64,000 nt of DNA, from assembly GCF_009914755.1 (NCBI RefSeq), contig NC_060933.1; one strand, written 5' to 3'. The stretch's first letter is position 1. Every line of letters starts with the position of its first letter. Under the pieces are notes generated by a model, which was not told the origin of the DNA, ran no database searches, and saw only the letters and a program-made list of their open reading frames with translations. Shown here piece after piece: positions 27,012 to 40,470 of this stretch. Source of the stretch: the human T2T-CHM13v2.0 reference genome, Homo sapiens. Made by a program: the position numbers and the translations under genes.

Positions 27012-27447
27012 TGTTGGTTAGGTCCGGTGTTGGTTCAGGTGCCAAGACAGAGTTAGTAGTGAAGGAGATTTATTGAGGGAAATGCCTATGAAAGATAAAG
27101 GGAAAAAACAACAGATACAGGCAAGAAAACCTTTTATACTGGAATGCTGATTTGACATCTATAATCAGAGAGGGGAAGAGGGGGAATCGAATAGAAAGAC
27201 TTTAAGATAATAGTGCATTTTGGTGAAAGTTTCAGGCAGTCAAACCAGGAGCACTGTCACAGAAATAGCTCATAAAGAACTCTCTCATTGGATGTAAATG
27301 AGACCCTATTACCCTGCCATACCGTCATTCACAGGAGGCTACCTGGGAAGAAAATGGCCTTGATTCAAACATTGCAGTGTGGTGTCCTCACAGCAGATCA
27401 AGTTTTTTCTTGAGATATTTGGGCAGTCTACCACCGTGGCTGCCACA
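27012..27447 (-). mobile_element. LTR16-like ERVL LTR
   Basis: gccaagacagagttagtagtgaaggagatttattgagggaaatgcct...tggctgccaca, adjoining a reverse PPT-like tcccac and the internal region. Confidence 0.65.
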
Positions 27448-28694
27448 TCCCACACCTTTTGCTACGCGATGAATCCACTTTCCCATAAACATTTGTTTAT
27501 GGAAAGGCCAACTAGATCCTTCAGGTTCTAGCTGTCTTCTCCTCCTGAAGCTTAGAAGAAGAAGATTATGGGACAAAGTTCAGCAGTTGGGCTCCTTCCT
27601 CCACTATCTATTCTAAATATCCATAATCTGCTTGTCTCAGGGGCTTAACTGATGGTGTGACCCAAACCCATCTTCCTGGAGTAACTGCATCTTTCTAGGG
27701 CCAGAGTTACTGTATTTGTCTGCCCACAGTCACAATTAGGGAAGGGAATACTAAAAAAGCACCCATGAAGATCATCTGGCTTCTACAGGTATTCTTCCCT
27801 GCTCCACTGTTTAAATAATTTGCAAACTTGGTGCTCATTTCCATATGTCCATCCACACATCTCTTCGCCAGACTTCCTTGACTCTGATCTTCCCATCCCT
27901 CTCCTTTCAGGATCCTGAACAGTGAGCCAGTCCATTGGCTACTGCTCACATGTCCGTTTATATTCTCATCTAAGGGCACTTCTTCCACAAAGGAGAATAG
28001 CTTGAGTCTTTGCCCACTGGGAATATTTTTCCTCATGACTGTATTTCCAGGCTGCTCCTGAATGTGGCTGTATTGCAGCTACTGCCCATTTTAAGACGAT
28101 ACCAACAAATCAAGCTGACCTATCTATAAGGCAAACTTGAGGTTCTGTATGGTCATAGGTAGAAGCAGAGGGAAGAGCATGGATGTAGTTGTGCTGATGG
28201 CATGAGGGTCTGGACTAACTGCTCATGCAGCTTACTGGTAGCCTCTGTTCCTGCTTGGTCTTGACCACGAATGTGCCATTTTCATCCTACACTGGCCTGC
28301 TGCTGGGCCTCCTTAACTTTATTGGACTTGTAGGTCTTACAGTATCCAACTAATAATGGACAGTTCTGGATGCACAGTCACTTGGTGCCTCACGGTCAAA
28401 GGTTCCATGTCTACAGGGCCCTGCTGGAAATTATTTCTTAAAAGGTATATAATTCTCTGTGAAATACAGCATGTCCTTATTCCGAACTCTAGGGCCCTGA
28501 GTTGTGATTCGCCCACTGAAATTTGTCAAAAATCCAACTCACACTGCTGATACCTTCATTACCATAGGTTCTTCTGGATCATATGGCCCAAATGGCAGAG
28601 TTGCTTCTACCACAGCCTAGCCATGCTGCAGAGCTCTTTGCTGCTCCAGCTCCATTCAGCATGAGAAGCCTTTCACGATAATTCTCATATGGAT

Positions 28695-29057
28695 TGCTAT
28701 GGTCTGAATGCTTTCCCAAAAAATTCATTTGTTGAAATCCTAACCTTAAGGTGACAGTGTTATGAAGTGAGGACTTTGGGGAGGTAACTGAGTCACGAGG
28801 TTGGAGGCCTTATAAATGGTATCAGTGCCTTTATAAAACAGACCCCAGAGAGCTAGCTAGCCAACCTCTACTATGTGACGACACAGTGAGAAGGTGCCAT
28901 CTGTGAAGTAGGACATGAACCCTCACCAGACACCAAACCTGCAAGTTCCTTGATCCTGGACTACCTTGACTCCAGAGCTGTGAAAAAATAAATTTCTGTA
29001 GTTTAAAGCCAACCAAGTTATAACATTTTGTTAGAGCAGCCCAAACGAGCTAAGACA
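28695..29057 (+). mobile_element. MLT1A-type MaLR solo LTR nested in the ERVL internal region
   Basis: TGCTATGGTCTGAATG...gcagcccaaacgagctaagaCA. Confidence 0.85.
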
Positions 29058-29730
29058 TGAACTGAAGCATTACTCCTCAGTGTGAATTGTGTTTCCACCA
29101 GAATTCAAAGAGGCATACTAGGAACTGTGCTTCTTTTTAGCAGTAAGGAATGAAAGAGGTAAAAGTGTCTTTTAACTCTGGAGAGGATGTTCTATAAAAA
29201 GCCAGGCCACTGGACCCTTAAACATTTCCAAAGCTACAGGTCTCTGAATCATTGTAGGGTAATATTATCTCCCTCTATCTAAAGTACATAAGTCTTACCA
29301 AGGCCTCCAGTATACTAGCCACTTCTTGCTAAGCTTGAATGTGGCTATATTGTATCATGGTCAACATAATGTCATCAATAGAATGAATTAATGTGATATT
29401 TTGCAGTATGTTCACAGTCCAAATCTCTTCTAAGTATATTATGACAGACAGCAGAAGAGTAAATATAGTTGTGTAGCAAATCTGTGAATACATTTTCTTG
29501 TTCATTGCACATGAATACAAACTTCTTATGATAGAAAATAATTTATTTGCCAAATGAGTGGCTGCATACCATGTTCCTGAGGCCATGATAATCTACTCCA
29601 GCAAAAATATTGCATATGTCACAGTAGCCACATCAGGACTAAGACTTGAATAAGCTTGCAGTAGTGTGAAGTCATTCTCTAGAATATATACATTATCTAC
29701 AGGGACAAGACCTTTTAATTTAATGGTAAT

Positions 29731-30180
29731 TGTGATGGTTAATACTGAGTGTCAACTTGATTGGACTGAAGGATGCAAAGGACTGATCCTGGGTATGTCT
29801 GTGAGGGTGTTGCCAAAGGAGATTAACGTCTGAGTCAGTGGGCTGGGAAAGGCAGACCCACCCTTAATCTGGGTGGGCCCCACCTACCATAATCAGTTGC
29901 CAGCTGTGGGGCCAGGCTATAAAGCAGGCAGAAAAAAACCTGAAAAGGCTAGACTGGCTTAGCCTCTCAGACTATATCTTTCTCCCATGCTGAATGTTTC
30001 CTGCCCATGAACATCGGACTCCAAGTACTTCAGCTTTGGGACTGGGACTGGCTTCCTTGCTCCTCAGTTTGCAGATGGACTATTATGGGACTTTGTGATC
30101 ATGTGAGTTAATACTCACTAATAAACTCATATATATATATCTTATTAGTTCTGTCCCTCTAGAGAACTCTGACTAATACA
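29731..30180 (+). mobile_element. MLT2A solo LTR nested in the ERVL internal region
   Basis: TGTGATGGTTAATACTGAGTGTCAACTTG...gactaataCA with a perfect 5-bp TSD gtaat. Confidence 0.92.
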
Positions 30181-32762
30181 GTAATATAATAGGGCCCACC
30201 ACTCCTACATCCTTAAGGTCTTTAAGAGTAGAGCTAATTCCACCCCTGGAATCCCATATTGTTCTTCATTCACTATATTTTTGGTGAGGAACAGGAGCAC
30301 TCTGTTTTTACAGGCCAAGAATCTATGGTGAGGGTTATTTTAACTGCCAAGTGTGTCAATTCTAATTATGAATCGAAGAACCTGGGAAGTGATCACTGGG
30401 TGGACTGACAGAACCAGTAGTCCTTCTATAAGCCCAACTTTGACCAAGACTCCATTTATAACCTTATCCCTATAGGCTTCTACTCTAACAGGGGCCATGG
30501 TAATATTTTGAGACTCCAAGTATCAATGTCAACTCAGGCCCTGCATCCAATAACCTTCAAAGTGTCTGGACATTACTCTGTCCCTGAAACTCAGTCAAGT
30601 GAATAAATGGCTACAGGCATAGTTAAGGAAAGACTGAGGAAACCATTACAAACTATACCTTCCATGGTGTTACATGGTCCTTCCTCCAAGGGATTTGACT
30701 ATGTCTTTAGTCAAAAGGTTCTGGGTCTGAAACTGACTCAAGTGGAGAATACTGGCAAAAGAACAAGACTTAAAATTAAGGTGCCCATCCACAGTCTCTT
30801 GCATACGCACACTTACCTCCTTTTGATTGTATATATTAAGCAACACTATTGTTGTCTCCTAATGTATATTACCATTAGGGCTATTATATTCTATTAACCA
30901 TCTCCAAGCCTCCTTACTGCCCCTCTGAACTTGTGAATCATTATATTAATAGAAATATCCTTGCTGTGTCACATATGTCATCTTCATTATTATTAATAAG
31001 CAAAGGTTTTGATCACCTCTCCTACAATTAGCACTTCCACATGCAGAGGAGAGCTACCACTATACTCCTTAGGGATGATCATGCCCATCTCTCTAGTGCA
31101 TTCTTGAAGGCATTGTTGAATGGTGTTTTTCCTGAAAGTTCCCATTAATTCCTAATGAATTTTCTGGCTTCATATAATATATCTGTTTCAGCATGTCCAT
31201 TTCCTTGAGTCTTTTAATTCCTTCCAGCATTCTTGGCTTTGCATGCCTCCTACTTACTTACTGGGGAGAAGAACTCCTCTGATATAATAGGCAGTAAGAC
31301 AGAATTTTTCATTATAAAAAAGGGCATCTCTACGTACTGTAACTCAGCTGTCCTATTGTTGCTTTGCTGTTGTTATAAATGTTGCAAAACATGGATTGTT
31401 GCCTTGCATGGATTATATGAGTTAGAAGTAAATTGCCTTATGATTATCAAGTTCTCCTTTTGCAATATTCTCAATTAGTTATTTATTATAACCTTTTGTT
31501 TTATACTTTATTCATCTTTATATTTTGCAAGTAACTCTGATGGTCTGATGTAGCAATTTTTGAAGACAAAATGTGCTGAGAAAAAGAAAGATTTTAGACT
31601 TATGTTTATGAACAATTATGAACAATTCTCATAATGTTAATGATGAGGAATTAGAGTCTTCTGGATTATTTATCTGCACTAGCATATCAAGAGAGCAAAA
31701 AATTACGTGTTTACAAGGAAAGCTACTTATCCTTGGGTTTCACATGGTCGGGTAATCCAAGTTGCCGCACCCATTCCATGTTGTCTGTGGCAGACAAGTT
31801 AGAATGTTGCAATGCCATGAGAAATCTTGAAAAGACACTTAACTGCAAATTACATCCATTTGACAAGGAAGAGTAGTGACTATTTTAAACAGCTATTGGA
31901 ATTTCAAAACAGAGTGAAGACTTTGTCAAGAAAAGTCACATACAGTCAAAAATCTCAAAAATCAAGTTTCTGAATAAGAAAACATATTGCTTAGAAGAAA
32001 AAAGTTACAAAGTTGGTGAGAAACTAAAATACCAGCTTTTAGTGACTAAAACAAGATGCAATAGGACAAATTGAAAATATTTCAGTCTTAAAAAATTGAG
32101 TAAGTTAATGTAGTGATGACATATCACATAATATTGAAAAGGCTTTATGTAATGAACTGAAAAGGAAGAGCTTGTCTATGTAGATTGATTAGTGAACATA
32201 TTTTACCAATAAATGTCATGCTATCATATTTCTAAGATTTGTAAAGGACGGAGAAATTCAAGAATAATTTTGCTACTGCAATAAGTTGCTGAAAGCAACA
32301 TAAGTCAAGACATATTTAATGTTTTGTCTTCATACTTTGAAAAAAATAAAGGTGTATCTTGAAGAAATTGCATTGGCATCTGTCCTAATGGTATCCCATC
32401 AATGGTTGGCTCTATCAGAAGGTCTAGCTCTCTAATTGTTAAAAAAAAAAAAAAAAAAAATCCTCACATTTTTCTCAATACACTGCTTTCTTTGCAGGAA
32501 GGTGAAGACAAAATGAATTACATTCTAGTTGATGCTACAAAAGTGATTAGCTTTCTTAAACAAACACAAGGCCACTTAAAAATATTGAAAAGACAGTAAA
32601 AACCTGGAAAAAGAATGTACACTTTTTCCCTCGATGCAGAAATCTGGTGGTTGACCAAAAGAGAATTCTTAATGTGATGTCTGAGCTAAAAGACCACTTT
32701 CCAAACAAAAAAAAATTGTCAGCCAAAAACTTTCACAATAGTACTTTCAAAAAAGTACTTTC

Positions 32763-35700
32763 TATCTGAAACCACTATGAACACCTAAATGCACGTAAAC
32801 TAGAAAATCTAGAGGAAATGGATCAATCCCTGGAAACATGCAACCCCCCTACCTTCAATCAGGATGAAATAGAAATCCTGAACAGACCAATAAGAGGCAT
32901 GAGATAGAATCAGTAATAAAAAATCTCCCAACATAAACAAAAAAATCCCAGGGCCAGATGGATTTACATCAAAATTTTACCAGATATTGAAAGAGGAACT
33001 GATACCAATAATACTGAAACTATTCCAAATGACTGAGAAGGAGGGAATCCTCCCTGTCTCATTCTATGATGTGAGTATTACGCTGATATGAAAGCCAGGA
33101 CAGAACACAACAACAAAAAAGAAAACAATAGACCAATATCCCTTATGAATATACAGGCAAAAATCTTCAACATAATACTAGCAAACCAAATACAACAGAA
33201 TATCATAGAGATAATTCACCATGATCAAGTGGGTTTTATCCTAGGGATGCAAGAATAGTTCAACATACACAAGTCAGTAAATGATTCACCACATAAACAG
33301 AATAAAAAACAAAAATTATCTGATCATTTCAATAAATGCAAAAAAAAAAGGATTTTGTAAAATTCTGCATCCCTTCATGAAAAAAGCCCTCAACAAACTG
33401 GGCATAGAAAGAACATACCTCACAATAATAAAAGCCATATATGACAAACCCACAGCCAACATCATACTAAACGGGTAAAAGTTAAAAGCATGCCCCTTCA
33501 GAACTGGAATAAGACAAGGATACCCGCATTCACCACTTCTATTCTACGTTGTACTAGAAGTCCTAGCCAGAGCAATCAAATAAGAGAAAAAAATAAAGGG
33601 CATCCAAATTAGAAAAGAGGGAGTCAAACTATCTCTGGTTGCCACTGATATGACCTTATACCTAGAAAACCTTAAAGACTCCTCCGAAAGACTCCGCTTT
33701 GACAAGGATTTGAATTCAGTAAAGTCTCAAGTTACAAAATCAACATACTCAAATCAGTAGCACCAATTCACTAATAACAACCAAGCTGCAAATCAAATCA
33801 AGAAGCCAATCTCATTTAGCAAAAGAAAAAAATACATAGGAATATATTTGCAGTAGTCCATCTTGTGTCGCTATAAAGAAATACTTGAGACTGGGTAATT
33901 TATAAAGAAAGGAGGTTTGATTAGCTCACAGTTCTGCAGGCTGTACAAGCATGACACCAACATCTACTCACCTTCTGATGAGAGCCTCAGGAAACTTCCA
34001 ATCATGGCAGAAGGTGAAAAGGAAGCAAATGTATCACATGGTGGGAGCAGTACCAAGAGAGAGAGTGGGAGGGGATATGCCACACACTTAAACAACCAGA
34101 TCTCTCAAAAACTCATTCATTATCTCCAGATCAGCACCAAGCCAAGAGGGATCCACCCCATGACCGAAACACCTCCCACCATGCCCCACATCCAGCACTG
34201 GGAATATCAATTCAACATGAGATTTGGTGGGGACATATATTCAAACCGTATCAGTACTTAATTAAGGAGGGGAAAGATCTCTGCAAGGAGGTCTAGAAAA
34301 CACTAATGAAATAAATCATAGATGACACAGACAAATGGAAAAACATCCCCTGCTCATGAATTGGAAGAATCAATGTCTTTAAAATGACCATACTGCCCAA
34401 AGCAATCTACAGATTCAGTGGAGTTTCTATCAAAAAATACCAATGTCATTTTCACAGATTTAAGAAAAAATAATCCTAAAATGTATATGGAACCAAAAAG
34501 AGTATGAATAGCCAAAGCAATTATAACCAAAAAGAACAAATATGAAGGTGTTACTTTAGAAGACTTCAAATTATGCTATAGAGCTATAGTAACCAAAGAA
34601 GCATTGGTGCTGATATACAAGCAGACACATAGACCAATGAAACAGAATAGAGAACCCAGAAATAAAACCACATACCTACAAAAAACTGATCTTCAATAAA
34701 GGCAGACAAAAACATTAACTGGGAAAAGGATACCCGATTCAGTAAATGATGCTGGGAAAATTGGATAGCCACAGGCAGAAGAATGAAACTGGATCCCTAG
34801 AATAAAGACTCAAATGTAAGACCAAACTCCATAAAAATTATCAAAGAAAACCTAGGAAAAACTCTTCTGGACATTGGTGTAAGCAAAGAATTTATAACTA
34901 AGACCCCAAAGCAAATGCAGGAAAACCAAAAGTCAATAAATGGGGCTTAATTAAACTAAAAACTTCTACACAGCAAAGAAATAATCAACAGAGTAAACAG
35001 ACAGCATACAGAATGGGAGAAAATATTCACAAACTGTACATTTGACAAAGGACAATATCCAGAATCCAAAAAGGAATTCAAACGAACTAGCAAGGAAAAA
35101 AAAAACCTATTAGAAAGTGGACAAGTGAAACTTTTCAAAAGAAGATATACAAATGGCAAAAAAATATATATATTTAAAAATGCCCAACATCACTAATCAT
35201 CGGGGAAATGCAAATTAAAATTAAAAATGCAAGTCAAAAACAATAAATGGCTTGGCTATGGTAAGAAGGGAATGCCTAGACACTGTTAGTAGGAATGTGA
35301 ATAAGTAAGACCTCTATGGCAAACAGTATGGAGATTTCTCAAAGTTCTAAAAGTAGATCTACCGTTCACTCTAGCAATCCCACTACTGGATATCTACCCA
35401 AAGAAAAAGACACCTGCACTTACATCAAAAAGACACCCGCACTTGTGTATCTATCACAGCACAATTCACAATTACAAAGATGTAAAATCAATCTAAATGC
35501 CCATCAGATAATGAATGGATAAAAAAAATGGTGTGTGTATATATACACATAGAATACCATGGAAGTAGTATACCATGGAACACTATTCAGCCATAAAAAA
35601 GAACAAAATAATGTATTTTGCAGCAACTTGAATGGAACTAGAGGCCATTATCCTAAGTGAAGTAATTCAGGAATAGAAAACCAAATACTGCATGTTCTCA

Positions 35701-35932
35701 GTTATAAGTAGAAGCTAAGCTATGGGTATGCAGGGGCATACAAAATGGTATAATGGGCATTGGAGACTCAGAAGTAGGTAGGATGGCAGGGGATAGGGAT
35801 GAAAAATTATATATTCTATATAATGTACACTATTTGGGTGACAGTTACACTAAAAGCTAAGACTTCGCCACTATAGAATTCATCCATATAACCAAAACCA
35901 TTTGTACTGCTAAATCTATTAAAATAAAAAAA
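32763..35932 (+). mobile_element. 5'-truncated L1PB (PB3/PB4-like) with ORF2 remnants
   Basis: ORF2 RT peptide [22 protein letters not shown] and an L1PB-type 3'UTR (actaaaagc..gacttc..cacta..attcatcca..accaaaacc). TSD approximately aaaaagtactttc (32750-32762 / 35944-35957). Confidence 0.92.
33849..34253 (-). mobile_element. MST-type MaLR solo LTR nested in L1PB
   Basis: Ends ...tgagatttggtggggacatatattcaaaccgtatCA. L1 ORF2 is continuous on either side. Confidence 0.88.
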
Positions 35933-36959
35933 TTTTTTTTTAGAAAAAGGTACTTTCAAAACAAATAAAACTACTTTGAAAGAAATAGCTGGATTCTGCT
36001 GAGCACTTTGAAAAAGAATACTACAGAAACTAGACTACTTCACAATTATTTTTCTTCACATGAACTAGTTGAACACAACTGAAAGATTCTTAGAGTTAAA
36101 AGGAAACAAAAGTTTTTGGGAAAATATCATTTTCCAAAAGCCTACTTTTTACCTTCATGAGTCAAGTGTGAGATGAAACACAGAGGCAAAGTACAAGAGA
36201 GAGCTGAGAAGATGTGCAAAGGTAGAATGAGGTGGGAGGGTTCCAGAGCTTTCCCTTGCAATATTCTCTTACTGAGTACTGGCCACACAGGTGGGCTATT
36301 TTAATTATATCCCTATTTTTTTAAGAAGGAAACAAGAGACCCTGATCAGTAATTGGGTCTTAATGTCTTCTCATCACTAATACCAGGTAGGTCATAGTCC
36401 AACGAATACAAATTAGATATTTATGTTGCAATATTCGTTCAGTTGTTTCCAAACCACTCGCTCACCAAAGACAATTCATTTGCTTTACAGGCTAACTTTG
36501 TCTTGAGACATATTTGCTTGCTCTATTCCATCTGGGGCTCTGAACAAGTTTCTTTAGAAAAAGAGAAAATAATAGAGTGAGAACTGATAAATTTTGGAAA
36601 TAGATCCCAGATTTTTAATGATGCCAAGAAAAAAGGAAGGCATATAATTTGTAAAGTACCCACAGGGCCCTAAAACATGATTAGTCAAACACATAGAAAA
36701 CATTTTCACATCTTTTCTTAATTGTAACAGATGGTTGAGCAATAAATTTCTATTTCAGGCTAAAGGATGTTCTGTAAATATATCTGGCTGGAGCCCAGGC
36801 TGGCCAGTATAGTATTTCATTGTTCAGAGAAGATCGTTTCTGTATTAATGAACTGTTAGAATTGCTCCCACTAGCTGCCTGGGCGTAACTATTATTATTG
36901 AAATTGAAGCCCTTAGTATAACAAAATTTCAAACCTAAAAGGAACAAGTCTTCCATAGT

Positions 36960-37540
36960 CCTCTCATTTTATAGATAAAATAAACAAAGAAACAAAACTA
37001 AGGCCTACACAGGTAAAGCGGTTTTCCCCAAGCCACACAGCTAACTCATTACAGAGCTCGAACCCAAACTTGAAACACCTTACCAGTACATGTGTGATGC
37101 CACTAGTAATAATGAGACTCAAAAAGATGAGAAAATAACTTGTCCAAAGTCACACATCTAGTTCATAACAAAATTCTGCATACATTCAGATCTTCTCAGT
37201 TGAAATTCTATAATTTCTGCACTATCCTCCAAATGACATCTTATAAAAGAATTCCCAGAATGTATTAGTTCCTATAGTAGAGATTAGGGGGCAGAGAAAT
37301 AAGCATTGACTCTGGAATTAAATAGACCTTAAATTCTAATATCAATACTGTCCATTGCTAGCTGTGTGGACGTTGGCAACACACAAGTCTCATTAAGCAA
37401 CAGAAGATACATTAATCATCTGTACAACTGAGACATTAACACCAACATCTTAAATTTGATATGAGTTTTAAATTAGAATAGATACAAAATACATAGTACA
37501 GTGCCTGGCACATTCCAAGCACTCAACAGATGTTAGTTGG
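36960..37540. mobile_element. Cluster of MIR fragments
   Basis: cattttatagata...aggtaaagcggttttccccaagccacacagcta (-) and ...catctgtacaactgaga...tagtacagtgcctggcaca (+). Confidence 0.6.
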
Positions 37541-38712
37541 GCTGATTTTCCTCTATGTCAATATCAAAATACTCAGATTCTTTAGGATATATGTTGTTGG
37601 CATGTCATTAATTTGAAATGGGGAGAAAAGATTCTTCTACTCTGTGTAAACCACATTAGTCATCTACTTACATCTTCAAGTCAGTGGTTGGGGCTGGAAT
37701 AGGAAGAAGTAGTAAAAAGGAAAGTAAAAAGAGTATATCAAAAAAAAGTTGAACCCACCCACAAGTGAATTGAAACACCAGAAAATATTAATATGTAGGC
37801 TTTGAATTCTAATGACGTCTGTTTCAACCCATGTTAGCTGTCATTTATGACATGACGTGCCCCTACGAAGTCTTCCAGACATCAACTATATCAGGAGTCT
37901 TCTAGCAGAAACTCTCACTTCACTCCCTCACTCCCCTCCCACCCATACATCCAGAAGAAACAGGAGTCTCATCCTCAAGACAAACATGAAGCCCTGTGGG
38001 CAAGGAAAAGAGGAATTAAAAAAAGCCAAATAGACTGAGTCCCCCTGGCAGGAAGGGTAGGTGAAATTGGCCCTTAATATGGGTAACCCCAGGTTGGGGT
38101 GCCTTAAACTTGTCACTGCTGTGCATGAAGAAGCCAAATGGCCAAAAATCCTGACCCAGGGAGGTTGGCTTTGTTGTTCCCATTTTACAGATGAGTAACA
38201 GACCCTCTGATAAAGAGATGTATGTACTGACAAAGTTAACACAGCTTCGTAAGTGACAGAATCAGTATTGATAGAGCATTGCAAGAGAAGAGAGTCCAGG
38301 ATGAATCATCACGGCAAGAGTTACAGAGAAAGGCACAGGAACCAGAGGCACAGTCCAGAGGGTCAAATGATCCAGAAACATTTACCCTCTAAGCTCAAAT
38401 GACCCATTGCCAGGAGTAGGGCTTTCACTTCTACCAAGCTGATAGAGCTGGTGAACAGGTGTGATGAAAGTCAAAGGCACTGGCGAAGAGCAAGCAAAGG
38501 GAGTTCCAAGCAGATGTTCCCTGTTGGGCATTTAGATTGTGGGCTTCTGCAGAAGCTATTTACTCCACCTGGAACACTCCCATCTCTTAAAGTTATCTGA
38601 AATATAAATAAAAATAGTTACCATATGGAGAGTTTTATCTTTGTTCCACTCAGGAAAAAATACTGATATTCTCCCAGTTAACATGCACAGAGATCATCTG
38701 GGGATAACAGGT

Positions 38713-39165
38713 TGTGTTACCAGAAACTCAGTGCCTTAAAATAACCCAAATTTATTACCTTACAACTCTGGAAATTCAGAAGTTCAAAATGGGTCTTATG
38801 GGCTAAAATCAACATAGCTGCCGAGCTGTATTCCTGGCTCTGGGGAAAAAAACCTATTTCCTTAACCTTTTCTAGTTTCTAGGGGCTGCCTGCATTCCTT
38901 GCCTCCATCTTCAAGGCACGTCACTCTAACCCTGCTTCTGTCATCACATCACCTCTCTCTGCCTTTGACTCTCTTGCCTCTCTCTTACAAGGACCTTTGT
39001 GATTACAATGAACCCAGCTGGGTAATTCAGAGTAATCTCTCCATCTCAAATTCCTTAATTTAATGACAATTGCAAAAACTTTTCTACCATGTAAAGAAAC
39101 ATAGATTCACAGGTTCTAGGGAGTAGGACATGGGCATATTTGAGGGGACATTATTCTTCCTACAA
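38713..39165 (-). mobile_element. MLT1C-type MaLR LTR
   Basis: aaaatgggtctt..ggctaaaatcaa...ttctaggggctgcctgcattcctt...gaggggacattattc. Confidence 0.8.
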
Positions 39166-39289
39166 AACAGGTACATTGTTTATTTGAAGTTTTAAAAACT
39201 GAGTAAAACCTATCCCTCTGTATTGACCTATCACAGGCTCTTTCACTAATATCCTATGTTGGAAATGTTAAAAACCACAGTGATTCCTC

Positions 39290-40470
39290 TCTCAATCCTT
39301 TCCACACTCAAACTCTAAAACATCTCCAAATTTTCCCCTCTATCCCATTTACATCCCTAATTCAGGCCCTTCTTACCTATTGCCTGGATTATTTCAAAGG
39401 CATCCAAACTCATCCTCATGCCAACATTTTCTCCCTGTTCAAAAGCATTTTGCAAAACGCTCCCAGAGTTATGTCTTAACACACAATTGTTAAAAGAAGA
39501 ACTTTTGACAAAAGAAATTTAACAAAGTTTACTTGAACAATCTGTGAATCAGAAAGCACCAACATGAAAGGATGTTATGGGCTCTGCTCCAGTAGTAACA
39601 TGAGCAGCAAGCTTTATAGGCTGATCACCAAACAAAGAAATTGCCTGATTGGCTGCAGCTAGGCATTTCCTTTATTTTGGTATGATTCTATGGAAGGTCC
39701 CTAGTTACAGAATCAGTCAGCTAGTTGGCTGTTTATGACTGTCAGAAGTTCAGTTGTTTTTGTTTGGTTTGCTTTTGTTTTTAAGTCAATTACAAGTAAT
39801 GCCTTCAAGTTAAGTTTCAGCTTGCTTACTTAAGAGCTCCCAGTACAGAGATAATCTTGGGCCAATGGCCTGGCCTCCTCATTTGCTTTGACACAATTAT
39901 GTGTCAGATTCTTGTTTAAAGCCTCTAATGGCTGCTCATCATCTAACAGGATAAAGTCCACATAGCTCAGTTTGACAATCAAAATCCCTTAACAATCCTA
40001 CCCCCAAACTACTTTTAAAATCCTCTTTCATGTATGTAACATCCCAGCCACATAGGACTTCTATTTTCAGAGGTCTGTGAGCACTTGAGAATGCCTTGAC
40101 TTTACTCATTGTAAAGCAATACTCATTGTATTGCTGGATGCCCTTAATCTCTTTCTCTGCCTCCTGAGATTCAAGTCAGCCTTTTCATACACCTCCAAAA
40201 TACCAACCAAATTTTACCTGCCTCTTCCTCCAAAATATTTTCTCAAAATGCTGTACCCAGCCAAATTAGTCATCCCCATGTATGTTTACAATTCCTCATT
40301 CTTTTTATTATAATATCTATACTTTTAATTACTAGTTATTTTTATCATCGAATGCCTTTTCTCAAACCAAGAGTTTATTGAAGGCAGGGGCTGAGACTTT
40401 TTTTTTAAATTTCTGACCCAGCATTGAATATAAGCCTAGCTCATGGTAGCTATTCAATAACGTTTTTTGT
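39290..40470 (+). mobile_element. L2 fragment interrupted by an ERV1 LTR
   Basis: L2 motifs tgcctggattatttcaa and caggataaagtcca flank 39488-39893. Confidence 0.6.
39488..39893 (-). mobile_element. ERV1 solo LTR (MER31/MER67-like)
   Basis: TGTTAAAAG...tttgACA ends with a 4-bp TSD caat. Confidence 0.75.

Larger units (their letters stand above)
27448..31240 (-). mobile_element. ERVL internal region (ERV3-16A3-like) with decayed pro/pol
   Basis: ORF 29329-29586 gives GTWYAATHLAN...ITLIHSIDDIML, matching ERVL RT motifs (WYAAIDLANAFFS; HYIDDIML). Protease-like LLDAGPELTLI is at ~30520-30555 (-). Confidence 0.8.
31340..36130 (+). mobile_element. Fossil Charlie-family hAT transposase, split by an L1PB insertion
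   Basis: Manual translations: RVYKESYLSLGFTWSGNPSC (~31706), LKRHLTANYIHLTRKSSDYFKQLLEFQ (~31827), FTNKCHAIIFLRFVKDGEIQE, QDIFNVLSSYFE, NCIGICPNGIPSMVG (~32367). It resumes after the L1 as LQKLDYFTIIFLHMN*LN (~36021). Multiple stops and frameshifts. Confidence 0.8.
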
